Source: Armatimonadota bacterium (lineage in GTDB: Bacteria; Armatimonadota; SYMT01). Taken from it: a stretch of DNA of 64,000 nt. Made by a program: the position numbers and the translations under genes. This document shows, one piece after another, positions 47,490-56,993 of the stretch. The notes under the pieces are model-generated. The model made no database searches, was not told the DNA's origin, and saw nothing but the letters and a program-made list of their open reading frames with translations. The stretch lies in contig JAWLHY010000002.1 of assembly GCA_041690135.1 (NCBI GenBank), positions 320,001 through 384,000 on the forward strand, written 5' to 3'. Position 1 is the first letter of the stretch; each line of letters begins with the position of its first letter.

Positions 47490-47990
47490 CCGCATCGTCC
47501 GGGTGCGGGGACTCGCCCAGGGCTGAACCCCTGGGCTTCGGAACGGCACGCTGCCCACCTCCGTGGGCACGTATCGCGCGCATTGTTCACAGCGAGTTCG
47601 AGATGCTCGCTGACGCATTCTAGCCTGCATCTGGATTGCGCCTGTCGTACTGGGTACCCGCCGGGCGCCCACGCAGGCTTGCGCCCCGAGGGGGTGTAGG
47701 CAGCGTGCATCTCCAGAGCGCGCCCGTTCAGGGGCGCGGCGGATCGCGCACCCGGACTCTCGCAGCGCTAAACCCCTGCGCTTTGGAACCGCACCGTCCC
47801 CGCCTCCGCGGGCACGCTCCACGCGCGTTGGTCGAGCGTTGTTTCTGGGTGTCGCCCGACGCAGGTGTGCACAGCGGGTTAATCCACGACCATCCTGCAT
47901 CTCCGCCGGGCGCCCACGGAGGTTTACGCCCCGAGGGGGTGAGGGCGCCGTGCGGTACCGGAGCGCGCCCGTTCAGGGGCGCGGCGGATC
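47490..47990. repeat. Mosaic of REP-like palindromes with 19-nt inserts
   Basis: GAGCGCGCCCGTTCAGGGGCGCGGCGGATC twice; GCTGAACCCCTG/GCTAAACCCCTG units; CCCAC..GTGGG palindromes. Confidence 0.75.
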
Positions 47991-48007
47991 AGGATAAGGC
48001 AATGATC

Positions 48008-48203
48008 CCGTGTAAGGACAGCTGCCCTGACCAGGGGGATGGCCACGTCGCTTACGGGTACAGTTGCATGTGGCCGGATGCTTCGGCGAGAGGCTCATCA
48101 GGTTCGAGGAGGTTGCCGCAGATTTAACGCTCCTCGCCATGACGAATGTGGCCAATGCCTGAACGTCCGAACACCTGCACACCCGAACACCCGAACACCC
48201 GAA
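48008..48203 (+). repeat. ~200-bp dispersed element, copy 1
   Basis: Aligns to the reverse complement of 56994-57227 (CCCTGACCAGGGG.ATGGCCACGTCGCTT...CGCTCCTCGCCATGACGA + CCGAACAC array). Confidence 0.8.
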
Positions 48204-48245
48204 GAAGGCTTTCGTCCCTATCGCAACCAATAGTCCAGCAAGACC

Positions 48246-48542
48246 ATGCTGGACACACTGCGTCAGACTTTCACGGACAACTGGATCGCCTGGGCGTATC
48301 AGTACGGCCTGGGCGGGATCTTCTTCTGGGTGACCCTGGCTATCGGCATCCGTTCCGGCGCGCTGCACCTGCGCAGTCGCCGGGACCGCCGGGTCGCGGC
48401 GGCGCTGGTGATTGGGCTGTTCCTCTTCGCGGGAGGACACGCGCTCTGGATCACCGCAGTGCAGGGGCCGCCGGGCGCCCGCCCACAGGCGGAGATCGAG
48501 CAGATCACGCTGCGCGCGGCGCCGATCGGGAGGGGGAGGTAG
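48246..48542 (+). CDS. Small 2-TM membrane protein (probable symporter partner)
   Basis: YQYGLGGIFF motif; 4 bp before the symporter start. Confidence 0.65.
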   Translation: MLDTLRQTFTDNWIAWAYQYGLGGIFFWVTLAIGIRSGALHLRSRRDRRVAAALVIGLFLFAGGHALWITAVQGPPGARPQAEIEQITLRAAPIGRGR

Positions 48543-48546
48543 CATC

Positions 48547-50367
48547 ATGGGTCTCCTCCATCCGGCGGACCTCGTGGTCATTGCACTCTACTTCGGCGCC
48601 GTGGTGGGCGTGGGGCTTTTCTTCGGGCGCTTCACGCAGTCCACCGCCGATTTCTTCTTTGCGGGACAGCGGTTCACGTGGTGGCCGATCGCCGTCTCCT
48701 GCGTGGCCACGCTGGTCGGGTCGTACAGCTTCGTCAACTATTCGGACCTGGGCTACGACCACGGCTTCCCCAGCGCCCTCTACTACACGAACGACTGGCA
48801 CATCCTCCCGCTCTTCCTGCTGGGCTGGATGCCGGTGCTCTATTTCAGCCGGGTCAGCAGCATTCCGGAGTACTTCGAGCGTCGTTTCGACCCGCGTACC
48901 CGCAAGGCGGTCCTCATCCTCGCCCTCCTGTTTCTGGTGGGCTACATCGGGATGAACCTGCAAACCATCGGCGTGGTGGCGAACCGGTTAGTGGGGATTC
49001 CGGTCCTGGCCGGCGCCCTGGTGATCGCCGTCCTCTCCCTCATCTACATGCACCACGGAGGGCAGATGTCGGTGCTTGGGACGGACTTGTTCCAGGGCTT
49101 CCTGCTCCTGGTGACCGGCCTGTCCGTGCTGTTGCTGGGCGTGGGTTACGTCGGCGGCTGGGAGCCGTTCTGGATGGGGCTCGAAGGGAAATACCAGGCG
49201 CCGTTTCCCGGTTTCAACCAGCCGCCGGGTTACCACTTCATCGGGAGTTTCTGGGGTGACTCGATGGCCAGCACCCTGGCGTTCTTCTTCATCAACCAGG
49301 GGATGATCCTGCGCTTCCTCTCGGCCAAGTCGGTACACGACGGCCGCAAGGCCATGATCGTCTGCGTGCTCCTCTTCATGCCCCTCGCGGCCATTGCCGT
49401 CAGCGGCGGGGGCTGGGTCGGACGCGCGATGGTGGGGCTGGGAATGGAGGGCGCGCCGGAGAAGGAGAAGGGAGTCTTCGTCACCGTAGCGCGGATGGTC
49501 TGTTCTCCCGGCATGTTCGGCCTGGTGGTGGCGGCCCTGCTCGCCGCGCTCATGTCGACCCTCGACACCTACATCAACGCCGTGGCGGCGATCGGCGTCA
49601 ACGATATTCTCCGCCCGCTCCGTCCCGGCCGGGATGACGCCTATTACCTGAACGCGGCCCGGTGGATCGCCGTGGGCGCGACCCTGCTGGGCTTCGCGCT
49701 TGTGCCGCTCTTCGAGCTTTCGGACACCATCTACAAGGCCCACGCTACCTTCTTCGCCTGCGTGAACCCGCCGTTCGTGGCGGTGGTGCTGATGGGCTGC
49801 CTCTGGAAACGGTTCACCGCGCCCGCCGCGTTCTGGGCGCTCACCGCCGGGACCGGGATTACCCTGCTCTCGCTCCAGTTTCCGGGGTGGATCGCGCCGT
49901 TTGCTCACGGCGTTGCACCCACGGAAAACTACATCTACATGCGCGCCCTGTTCGCTCTGGTGACGACTGCCTCGATCGGTATTGTCGTGACCCTGGTGAC
50001 CCAGCCGCGTCCCGAAGCGGAGATCGGTGGTCTTTGCGTGCAGACGTTGCGGGCCGGGATGATCGCCTTCAAAGGCGGGGAGCCGAATGTGGAAGACGGC
50101 GAGCGGACCGGACACCTACCGGTCCGGGTTGGCGATACGGAGCCGGGCGTCCTGCGCGTGCCCGTGGCCGCCATGGAAACCATGAAGGCCCGAGAAGGGG
50201 ACCTGGTGTACCTGACCGATGCGCGGGTCTGGCTCGGGGGCCTTCGGAGTATCCGCCTCCGCCTGGGGCCGCCGTGCGCGGAAGCCGCCGCGTGCGTACA
50301 CGAGGCGGATTGCCGCGCCGGCAACCTGGATCTCAAACGGCCGGTCTACGCGGAGAAGATCATGTAG
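48547..50367 (+). CDS. Sodium:solute symporter family protein with soluble C-terminal extension
   Basis: DFFFAG, SIPEYFERRF, GG......TD, NQ..I.RFLSAKS, AALMSTLD. Confidence 0.88.
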   Translation: MGLLHPADLVVIALYFGAVVGVGLFFGRFTQSTADFFFAGQRFTWWPIAVSCVATLVGSYSFVNYSDLGYDHGFPSALYYTNDWHILPLFLLGWMPVLYFSRVSSIPEYFERRFDPRTRKAVLILALLFLVGYIGMNLQTIGVVANRLVGIPVLAGALVIAVLSLIYMHHGGQMSVLGTDLFQGFLLLVTGLSVLLLGVGYVGGWEPFWMGLEGKYQAPFPGFNQPPGYHFIGSFWGDSMASTLAFFFINQGMILRFLSAKSVHDGRKAMIVCVLLFMPLAAIAVSGGGWVGRAMVGLGMEGAPEKEKGVFVTVARMVCSPGMFGLVVAALLAALMSTLDTYINAVAAIGVNDILRPLRPGRDDAYYLNAARWIAVGATLLGFALVPLFELSDTIYKAHATFFACVNPPFVAVVLMGCLWKRFTAPAAFWALTAGTGITLLSLQFPGWIAPFAHGVAPTENYIYMRALFALVTTASIGIVVTLVTQPRPEAEIGGLCVQTLRAGMIAFKGGEPNVEDGERTGHLPVRVGDTEPGVLRVPVAAMETMKAREGDLVYLTDARVWLGGLRSIRLRLGPPCAEAAACVHEADCRAGNLDLKRPVYAEKIM

Positions 50368-50394
50368 CGAGTATGCGGATAGCCAGGAAGCGAA

Positions 50395-51375
50395 TCATTC
50401 TCCCTTGACTTCCAGGAGATACCGCGCGAGGGTTTGCGGCAGGATGTTGCCTCCGGAGAGCAGGACGATGGTCTTGCCCTGGGGGCGGACCTTCCCGGCC
50501 AGTAAGGCGGCGGTGCACACCGAGCCGCCGGCCTCGACCACCAGCTTGGCCTTTTCGACGAGCCAGGCGATGGCCGCTTTCACTTCCTGGTCGCTCACCA
50601 GCACTACCTCGTCCACGTATTTCTGGATGTGCGGCCAGGGCAGGCGTCCGGGATGGGCGGCGATGAGGGCGTCGCAGATGGTGTCGATGGTCTCGATCCG
50701 GGTGATCTCACCCCGCTGTCGCGAGAGGTAGGTGGCGTTGGCGCCCTCCGGCTGGATGCCGATCACGCGCGCCTGGGGCCGCAGCTCTTTAACGGCGGTC
50801 GCCACACCCGCGATCAGGCCGCCGCTGCTGATCGGGACGAGCACCGTATCGACGTCCGAGAGGTCCTCCACCATCTCGAGGCCGAGGGTTCCGTGGCCGG
50901 CGATCACGTCCGCGTCGTCGAAGGTGTTGATCGCTCGGATCCCCCGCTCCGGTTCCAGGGCGAAGAGCGTCCTCCAGCGCGCGTCGAAGTCGTTGGGACA
51001 GAGAATGACCTCCGCCCCGTACCGGCGCGTTTTCTCGATCTTGAGCGGGGAGGTCTTCTCCTGCATCACCACCGTGGTGGGGATGCCCAGCAACCGGCCC
51101 ATGTACGACCAGGCGCTGGCGAAGTTGCCGGAAGAGGAGATGGCCGCACCGCGGGCCTTCTGCTCGTCGGGCAGGTGGTTCAGCATCGTGTACGCGGCGC
51201 GCGCCTTGTAACTGCCGGTGACCTGCAGGTTTTCCGTCTTGAACCAGACCGGCGCCCCCGCCACCTCCGTCATATCCTCGGAAAAGAGCAGCGGCGTGTG
51301 GACGATCTGCGGCGGCAGTTGGGCGCGGGCTTCCTGGATCTGGGCCAGGGTAACGAGCCGGATTTCCTCACTCAT
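50395..51375 (-). CDS. Threonine/serine dehydratase or racemase (PLP fold II, no ACT domain)
   Basis: KTENLQVTGSYKAR, SSSGN, PISSGGL, LSGGN. Confidence 0.85.
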   Translation of the reverse strand: MSEEIRLVTLAQIQEARAQLPPQIVHTPLLFSEDMTEVAGAPVWFKTENLQVTGSYKARAAYTMLNHLPDEQKARGAAISSSGNFASAWSYMGRLLGIPTTVVMQEKTSPLKIEKTRRYGAEVILCPNDFDARWRTLFALEPERGIRAINTFDDADVIAGHGTLGLEMVEDLSDVDTVLVPISSGGLIAGVATAVKELRPQARVIGIQPEGANATYLSRQRGEITRIETIDTICDALIAAHPGRLPWPHIQKYVDEVVLVSDQEVKAAIAWLVEKAKLVVEAGGSVCTAALLAGKVRPQGKTIVLLSGGNILPQTLARYLLEVKGE

Positions 51376-51548
51376 GCGGACCTCATCTCTGCGTGGGTTG
51401 AAATCTACCGGCGTAGCATTCCCCCCGCCTCTCCGGGCTTCCTCTCCCAGTGCAGCCGGGGATTGCTGGCGGTGAGGCGGGAAGACGGGCGGCCGGTTGC
51501 GAAAGTTCCTCGTGTCACCGTGCGTCCGTGGTGATAACTGTGTGACGT

Positions 51549-52013
51549 ATGGACGAAACATTCTGGTTTGTAGTGGTGATGCGCTGGCTGCACGTGGCCT
51601 CCGCCGTGGTGGGTGTCGGAACGACGCTGTTCATGCGTTTCGTCATCGTTCCCGCACTGGCGCGCGTGCCGAACGGGGGGGAAGTGCTGGACCAGATCCG
51701 GCCGGGGCTGAAACGCGTGATCCACAGCGCGCTGGGCCTGCTGATCCTCACCGGGTTTTACAACTACCTGGCCGTGGCGGTGCCGCGGATCAAGCAGCTC
51801 AAGAGCACGGGCCTGGCGGCGGAGCAGTTGGCGCTCTACCACCCGATCATGGGATTCAAGATCATCCTGTCCCTGGTCCTGTTCGTGGTCGCCATCCTGC
51901 TGCTGATGCCGCTGCCCAGTTTTCACGAGAACCGCAAGACCTGGCTTTCCGTAAACTCTGTGTTGGGCCTGTTGATCCTCTTCCTCGCGGCGATCCTGCG
52001 CCGCCTCTGGTAA
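51549..52013 (+). CDS. 4-TM membrane protein (CopD/DUF4149-like)
   Basis: RWLHVASA...G..LF; LILTGFYN; YH..MG.K. Confidence 0.7.
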   Translation: MDETFWFVVVMRWLHVASAVVGVGTTLFMRFVIVPALARVPNGGEVLDQIRPGLKRVIHSALGLLILTGFYNYLAVAVPRIKQLKSTGLAAEQLALYHPIMGFKIILSLVLFVVAILLLMPLPSFHENRKTWLSVNSVLGLLILFLAAILRRLW

Positions 52014-52074
52014 ATCCAAAGCGAGCCAAGGAGAGCAGGATACCTGGATTTCCGCCGCAGAACCCGGTAGTACC

Positions 52075-52335
52075 ATGAGCGAAAACATCGAGCGCGCGAA
52101 CCATCGGTTGTGCACCCACATCGATTCCAAGAAGCTGGCCATGTTGGGCCCGGAGGACGCCGAGGCCGAGGTGGACCTCGTCCACCTGGACGGCTTCGAG
52201 AACTACTGGTGCCGCAAGACGTGGACGGACAGCGGCCCGGACGGCGGCTGGGTGAACTACCAGCGGTGCGCGCCGGGACGTACCTGCTACTGCGCCCGTA
52301 GTGCGGAAGCACCGGGAACCGCCGTCCATGGATAG
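52075..52335 (+). CDS. Small Cys-rich hypothetical protein
   Basis: C..I.SK...YWC.KT...GPD......C..GR.CYC; stop overlaps the xdhC start. Confidence 0.7.
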   Translation: MSENIERANHRLCTHIDSKKLAMLGPEDAEAEVDLVHLDGFENYWCRKTWTDSGPDGGWVNYQRCAPGRTCYCARSAEAPGTAVHG

Positions 52336-53548
52336 CCTCTATCGGGAGGTGGTTCGGCTGCTGGACGAAGGTCAGCCGTTCTCACTGGGGACGGTGATCC
52401 ACACCTCCGGCTCGACGCCCCAGAAGATCGGCGCGCGCGCCGTGTTCCTCGCCGGCGGCCAGATTCTCGGTACGCTGGGCGGCGGGTGCATGGAGGCGGA
52501 GGCGCGCCGCCGGGGTCTGCAGATGGTGCGGGGCGGCGAGCCCGACCTGATGGAGCTTCACCTCGACGACGACTTCGGGTGGGACGACGGCCTGATCTGC
52601 GGCGGGACGGCGAACATCTTCCTCCAGCCGAGACCCGAAGCGGACCAGGAAGAGGTCTACCGTCAGGTCGTGGCCCTGCACGACACGCGCGGTCGGGGCG
52701 TGTTGGCCCTGGTAGCGACCGGAGAACCGGAAGCCGTGGGGCGCCTCTGCCTGATCCGGGAGGGAGAAGCGCCCCACGGCGACCTGCACGTGCCGGCCCT
52801 GCAAGCGTTGATCGAGGAGAAGGCGCGCGAATTTCTCGCCGAGGGCCGCGAGGAGCCGCGGCGGGTGCGGCTCCTGGATCCAGAGGCCACCGTCTATCTG
52901 GAGCCGCTGCGTCCGAAGCCGCTCTGCTTCATCGCCGGCGCGGGTCACATCGGCGCGGCGCTCACGCACTACGCGGCGCGCTGCGGGTTCGAAGTGGCGA
53001 TCGTGGACGACCGGGCATCCCTCTGCAATGCGGAACGCCTCCCCGATGCGGACCAGATTCTGGTGGGCGATATCGTGGAGACGGTTCGGAACTGGCCGAA
53101 GACTCCCGACAGCTATTGGGTCATCGTCACGCGCGGCCATCGCCACGACGCGGTGGTGCTGCGGGAGTTGGTGAAGGCTCCCGTGGCCTACCTGGGCATG
53201 ATCGGGAGCAAGCGGAAGATCCTGACGATCTACCAGGAGTTCGTGGAGCAGGGCCTGGCCTCACCGGAAGAACTATCGCGCATCCATGCGCCGATCGGGC
53301 TGGATATCGGCGCGTTGTCCGTGGAAGAGATCGCCCTCTGCATTGCGGCGGAGCTGGTGATGGTGCGGCGCAAGAGGTTGGGAGATGGGGAAAGTCACGG
53401 CGATTGTCCTGGCGGCGGGAGAGTCGCGGCGGATGGGGACGCTCAAGCCGCTCTTGCCGTTCGGCTCGGGGACCGTAATTCAGTCGGTCGTCCGCTCACT
53501 GAAGGCCTCCCCCGTCGATACGGTGCTGGTGGTTCTGGGGCACCGTAA
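52328..53548 (+). CDS. xdhC: XdhC/CoxI family molybdenum-cofactor chaperone
   Basis: GSTPQK.GA, GTLGGGCME, ICGG, GAGHIG, TRGH..D, YLGMIGSKRK, PIGLDIG. Confidence 0.88.
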   Translation: MDSLYREVVRLLDEGQPFSLGTVIHTSGSTPQKIGARAVFLAGGQILGTLGGGCMEAEARRRGLQMVRGGEPDLMELHLDDDFGWDDGLICGGTANIFLQPRPEADQEEVYRQVVALHDTRGRGVLALVATGEPEAVGRLCLIREGEAPHGDLHVPALQALIEEKAREFLAEGREEPRRVRLLDPEATVYLEPLRPKPLCFIAGAGHIGAALTHYAARCGFEVAIVDDRASLCNAERLPDADQILVGDIVETVRNWPKTPDSYWVIVTRGHRHDAVVLRELVKAPVAYLGMIGSKRKILTIYQEFVEQGLASPEELSRIHAPIGLDIGALSVEEIALCIAAELVMVRRKRLGDGESHGDCPGGGRVAADGDAQAALAVRLGDRNSVGRPLTEGLPRRYGAGGSGAP

Positions 53549-54014
53549 AGCGGAAATCGCCGCGAACCTGGAAGGCGCCGGCGCCGAGGCGGTGGAGAAC
53601 CCTCGCTACCAGGAAGGGATGCTCACCTCCGTGCAGGCCGGGTTCGCCGCTGCTCCTCCGGACACGGAGTGGTTCGTCATCGCCCTGGGCGACCAGCCCT
53701 CCCTGCGCCCCGAGGTCGTATCTCTTCTGCTTGCCGAGGCAGAGGCGCAACAATTTGCAATTTGCAATTCCAAACCTCTCCCCCTCCACACCATTCTTGT
53801 CCCCTCCTACCACGGCCGCCGGGGACATCCGCTGTTCATCCATGCCTCGCTCCGCGAGGAGGTGGGCACACTGGACCCCGAGGTAGGCCTGCGGGAACTG
53901 ATGCAGCGACACCCCGAGGCGATCCGTCACCTCGTCGTGACGGACGAAGCGGTCCTTGCGGACATGGACACTCCCGAAGATTACCAGCGCGAGCTCCGGC
54001 GACTGGGGAATTGA
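53385..54014 (+). CDS. mocA: MocA/MobA-like nucleotidyltransferase (NTP_transf_3)
   Basis: IVLAAGESRRMG..K.LL, GM.TS, LGDQP, GHP, DMDTPEDY. Confidence 0.85.
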   Translation: MGKVTAIVLAAGESRRMGTLKPLLPFGSGTVIQSVVRSLKASPVDTVLVVLGHRKAEIAANLEGAGAEAVENPRYQEGMLTSVQAGFAAAPPDTEWFVIALGDQPSLRPEVVSLLLAEAEAQQFAICNSKPLPLHTILVPSYHGRRGHPLFIHASLREEVGTLDPEVGLRELMQRHPEAIRHLVVTDEAVLADMDTPEDYQRELRRLGN

Positions 54015-54020
54015 TCCGGT

Positions 54021-54314
54021 TTACCGGCGGCCCGCCGTGGCGGCGAGGCGGCTCTCATCCACGGGGAACTCCAGGCGCAGGTCCATCGGCTCGTGCGTGA
54101 CGGTGGTTTTGGGTTCCGGAAAGGCGAGGTGGCCGAGGTGCTGGCCGTCCAGCCGAAGGCGTGCTGCATGGAACGCCACCGGGTAGACCTGCGGCGGCAC
54201 CAGCGCGTCGAGGATCCAGATTCCGTTCCGCTTTTCCACCACATCACAGGCGACGGGTGTTGCCTCTCCCGCCTCGTCTAACAGGGTCAGCCAGAGACCG
54301 CGCTTCAACGTCAT
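54021..54314 (-). CDS. Hypothetical protein (97 aa)
   Basis: GGAG RBS; fills the intergenic gap; no recognised motif. Confidence 0.5.
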   Translation of the reverse strand: MTLKRGLWLTLLDEAGEATPVACDVVEKRNGIWILDALVPPQVYPVAFHAARLRLDGQHLGHLAFPEPKTTVTHEPMDLRLEFPVDESRLAATAGRR

Positions 54315-54457
54315 CTTTTACTCCCGGTGCCCCCGTTCGGGGCCTCCTCACCGCTCTTTTCCGAGCCCGCCGCTCCTGGGATACGCTTTCCATGCTCCCC
54401 CATGCACTCTATGGGTTACCGACTTGAGTTACCCGCGAAACGTCGATTGAGCCTTCT

Positions 54458-55354
54458 ATGCTGAACTTTCATCTTCCCGTGCCGCAGCCGTTTCACTTCC
54501 GCGACGTGGTGTTCTCCCACGGCTGGCTGCGGTTGCTCCCCTACCGCTGGGAAGAGGGGACCGGGACCCTCTCCCGTGTCGATCGCCTGGCGTCCGGCTG
54601 TTTGGTACGGTGGGAGATGCGGGAGGCGCCGGGAGGCGTCGCGATCTCGGCCGCTGCTCCGCCGGAAGAAGGTCCGGAGCTTGCCGCGTTGGCCCGCTGG
54701 GTGCTGGCCGTGGAAGACCAGTTCGAAGGGTTCCACGCGCTCTGCCGGGAAGAGCCGGGCCTGCGCGCCGCCGGGGAAAGGGGTCAGGGTCGAATCCTCC
54801 GGTGCCCAACCGTGTGGGAAGACCTGGTGAAGACCCTGTTCAGCGTCAACACGACGTGGCGGCAAACGATCTCCATGACGGAGAAGTTAGTGGCCCTTTG
54901 TGGTGAAGCGGGGCCGGAAGGAGAGCGGGCCTTTCCGCGTCCGGAGGCCGTGGCGGAACTGGCGCCCGGGGTCTTGCAGCGGGAATGCCGGGTGGGTTAC
55001 CGCGCCGAACCGCTTTCACAACTGGCGCGGGACGTGGCGGAGGGAATGACGGATCTGGAGACGCTCAAGGACCTGACCCTGTCCGATGCCGAGGTGGAGA
55101 AGCGCTTGCTAGCCCTGCGCGGTATCGGTCCCTACGCCGCCGCTAACGTGATGATGCTGCTGGCCCGTTACGACCACCTGCCCGTCGATAGCTGGCTCCG
55201 GAAGACGGTCCGCGACGGCTGGTTCGGCGGCGAGGCCGTGCCGGACCGGGAGATCCTGGCCCGCTTTGAACGGTTCCGCCCCTACCGGACCCTCGTTTAC
55301 CGCTTCTATGATTGGGAAGGGACGATGCGGACGGGCGTGTGGACGGAGGGTTAG
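54458..55354 (+). CDS. HhH-GPD DNA glycosylase (AlkA/Ogg family)
   Basis: FPRPE, VGYRA, LRGIGPYAA (HhH), PVDSW. Confidence 0.85.
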   Translation: MLNFHLPVPQPFHFRDVVFSHGWLRLLPYRWEEGTGTLSRVDRLASGCLVRWEMREAPGGVAISAAAPPEEGPELAALARWVLAVEDQFEGFHALCREEPGLRAAGERGQGRILRCPTVWEDLVKTLFSVNTTWRQTISMTEKLVALCGEAGPEGERAFPRPEAVAELAPGVLQRECRVGYRAEPLSQLARDVAEGMTDLETLKDLTLSDAEVEKRLLALRGIGPYAAANVMMLLARYDHLPVDSWLRKTVRDGWFGGEAVPDREILARFERFRPYRTLVYRFYDWEGTMRTGVWTEG

Positions 55355-55623
55355 TGGGCTATAAAGTGGGTTCCGTCTTCCGCGCGGCTGGGCGGAAGAA
55401 GCGGGAACGGCCTGGTTTTGGACAGCCCAGGGGGACGGTCCGTAGGGAATGCGACGCCGTTCCATTCCGCAGTCGGTGACGCTGATCCTGTTGCGCCAAC
55501 CCAGACCGGGCAGGAACCCGGACTACCCCAGTCGGCACGACGGGATCGTCTTCAGTACTGCGGAACGCTACGGCGAGACGCTCCCTACGAGTACCACTTC
55601 CAGGGATCTGCTGAATCCATCCC

Positions 55624-56643
55624 TTACAAAGACTTGCGCCCGCGGCGGGGACGCAGCAGATCGAGGGCCGGTGGCTGCGGCACCGTGCGGTTCCGCTCTT
55701 CAAAGAAGGAGCGGAGGGCACGCAGGCCTTCCTCATCATCCGCGGGAATCTGCTCCTCGGTGGGTCCGGGACCCGCCATCCGCATTCCGGGGTCCTTCTC
55801 CATCGCCACCACCGGCTCCGGTCCGCCGCCCAGCGGCTGCATTGTTCCGGCGCTGTTGACAATGGGATCGCCCGGCATCGCCACGATCTCGGGTGGGGTG
55901 GCCGTAGCCGGCGTTTCGGGCTGCGAGGCCCGAGCTTCCATCACCGGCTTCCCGGCGGGCGTAATCACGGCTAGCGGCTGCGGACGCTCTTCCAACGCCA
56001 ACACGGAGGGGGCGACGGGGCGCTCCAGCCGCACCGGCTTCTGTGTCGCGCGGGTGGGCTGCTTGGCGCTCTGCGCATCGACGGTCATCGGACAGCTGAT
56101 TGGGCCGGTGATCTCCGCCGCCGGCTGGGGCCGGGCGGCATCCGCCACCTCCGCTGGCCCCGCCGGCTCCTGCCCGTGGATTGGCTGCGAGCCTCCCGAG
56201 CCGCGCAAGTCGGGTATGGCCTGCACGGGCGCACGTTGTGCCAATCCCGGAGGTACCGGCGATGGGCGAACCGCCACCTGGGGTCCGCGGCTCTGGACAT
56301 AGGCAAAGGCGACCGTGGCCGTGGCGCCGGCGACGGCGGTCCAGACCAGCGGTCCGAAAGGCGTCAGGCGGCGGGCAGGGGCTGCGGCGGCGGGCGTGGC
56401 ATCGGCGTAAGCCAGCCGGGTCATGATCCGCGAATGCAGATCGACGGGAACATCCTCTTCCGGAATCAGGGCGGTGATCCGCGTCAGGCGGTCCAGGCTT
56501 TCCCGCTCGAGCGAACAGCTCTCGCAGTGCGCGAGATGCTGCTCCAGGTTGCGAGCTTCCGCCACGGAAAGCTCTCCGTCCATATATGCGGATAACTGGC
56601 TGCGGACTCTTCTACACCACATGAGCGCCCACTCCTGCTCCAC
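55624..56643 (-). CDS. Zinc-finger (zf-HC2) anti-sigma factor, single TM, Pro-rich exported tail
   Basis: C...R.QLSAYMDGEL...HLAHCESC. Confidence 0.8.
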   Translation of the reverse strand: MEQEWALMWCRRVRSQLSAYMDGELSVAEARNLEQHLAHCESCSLERESLDRLTRITALIPEEDVPVDLHSRIMTRLAYADATPAAAAPARRLTPFGPLVWTAVAGATATVAFAYVQSRGPQVAVRPSPVPPGLAQRAPVQAIPDLRGSGGSQPIHGQEPAGPAEVADAARPQPAAEITGPISCPMTVDAQSAKQPTRATQKPVRLERPVAPSVLALEERPQPLAVITPAGKPVMEARASQPETPATATPPEIVAMPGDPIVNSAGTMQPLGGGPEPVVAMEKDPGMRMAGPGPTEEQIPADDEEGLRALRSFFEERNRTVPQPPALDLLRPRRGRKSL

Positions 56644-56993
56644 CTTTGGGGCATCCGATCTTTCACTCGATTACGACGACGGGATCGATTTCCGGTTTCA
56701 ACAATTTCGCAATGACCCGGCTTGCACATCGATGGGCCGGGTCGGCCCACTGTAGGGACACGCACCAGGAGAAGGGGTTTCCTGCTTTTGATGGGGCCTA
56801 TCTAAAATCTTGATAAAACCGCCCCGCAGCCTCGAATCCCGCCGTTCTCCCCGGCGCAAGAATACAGACGTCCCGCACGGCAGGGATGTTCGGGGGTGTT
56901 TGGATGATTTAAGGCGGTGAGGCATTGGGCGGTGGGCATTGGGCCCCCCTGTGGGGGGTAAACGTTGGGCGTTGGGCGGTCAGGCGAGGCCCA

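Noticed and set aside
53376-53400. Programmed frameshift joining xdhC and mocA
   Set aside because: No X-XXY-YYZ slippery heptamer in the xdhC frame, and mocA has its own ATG.
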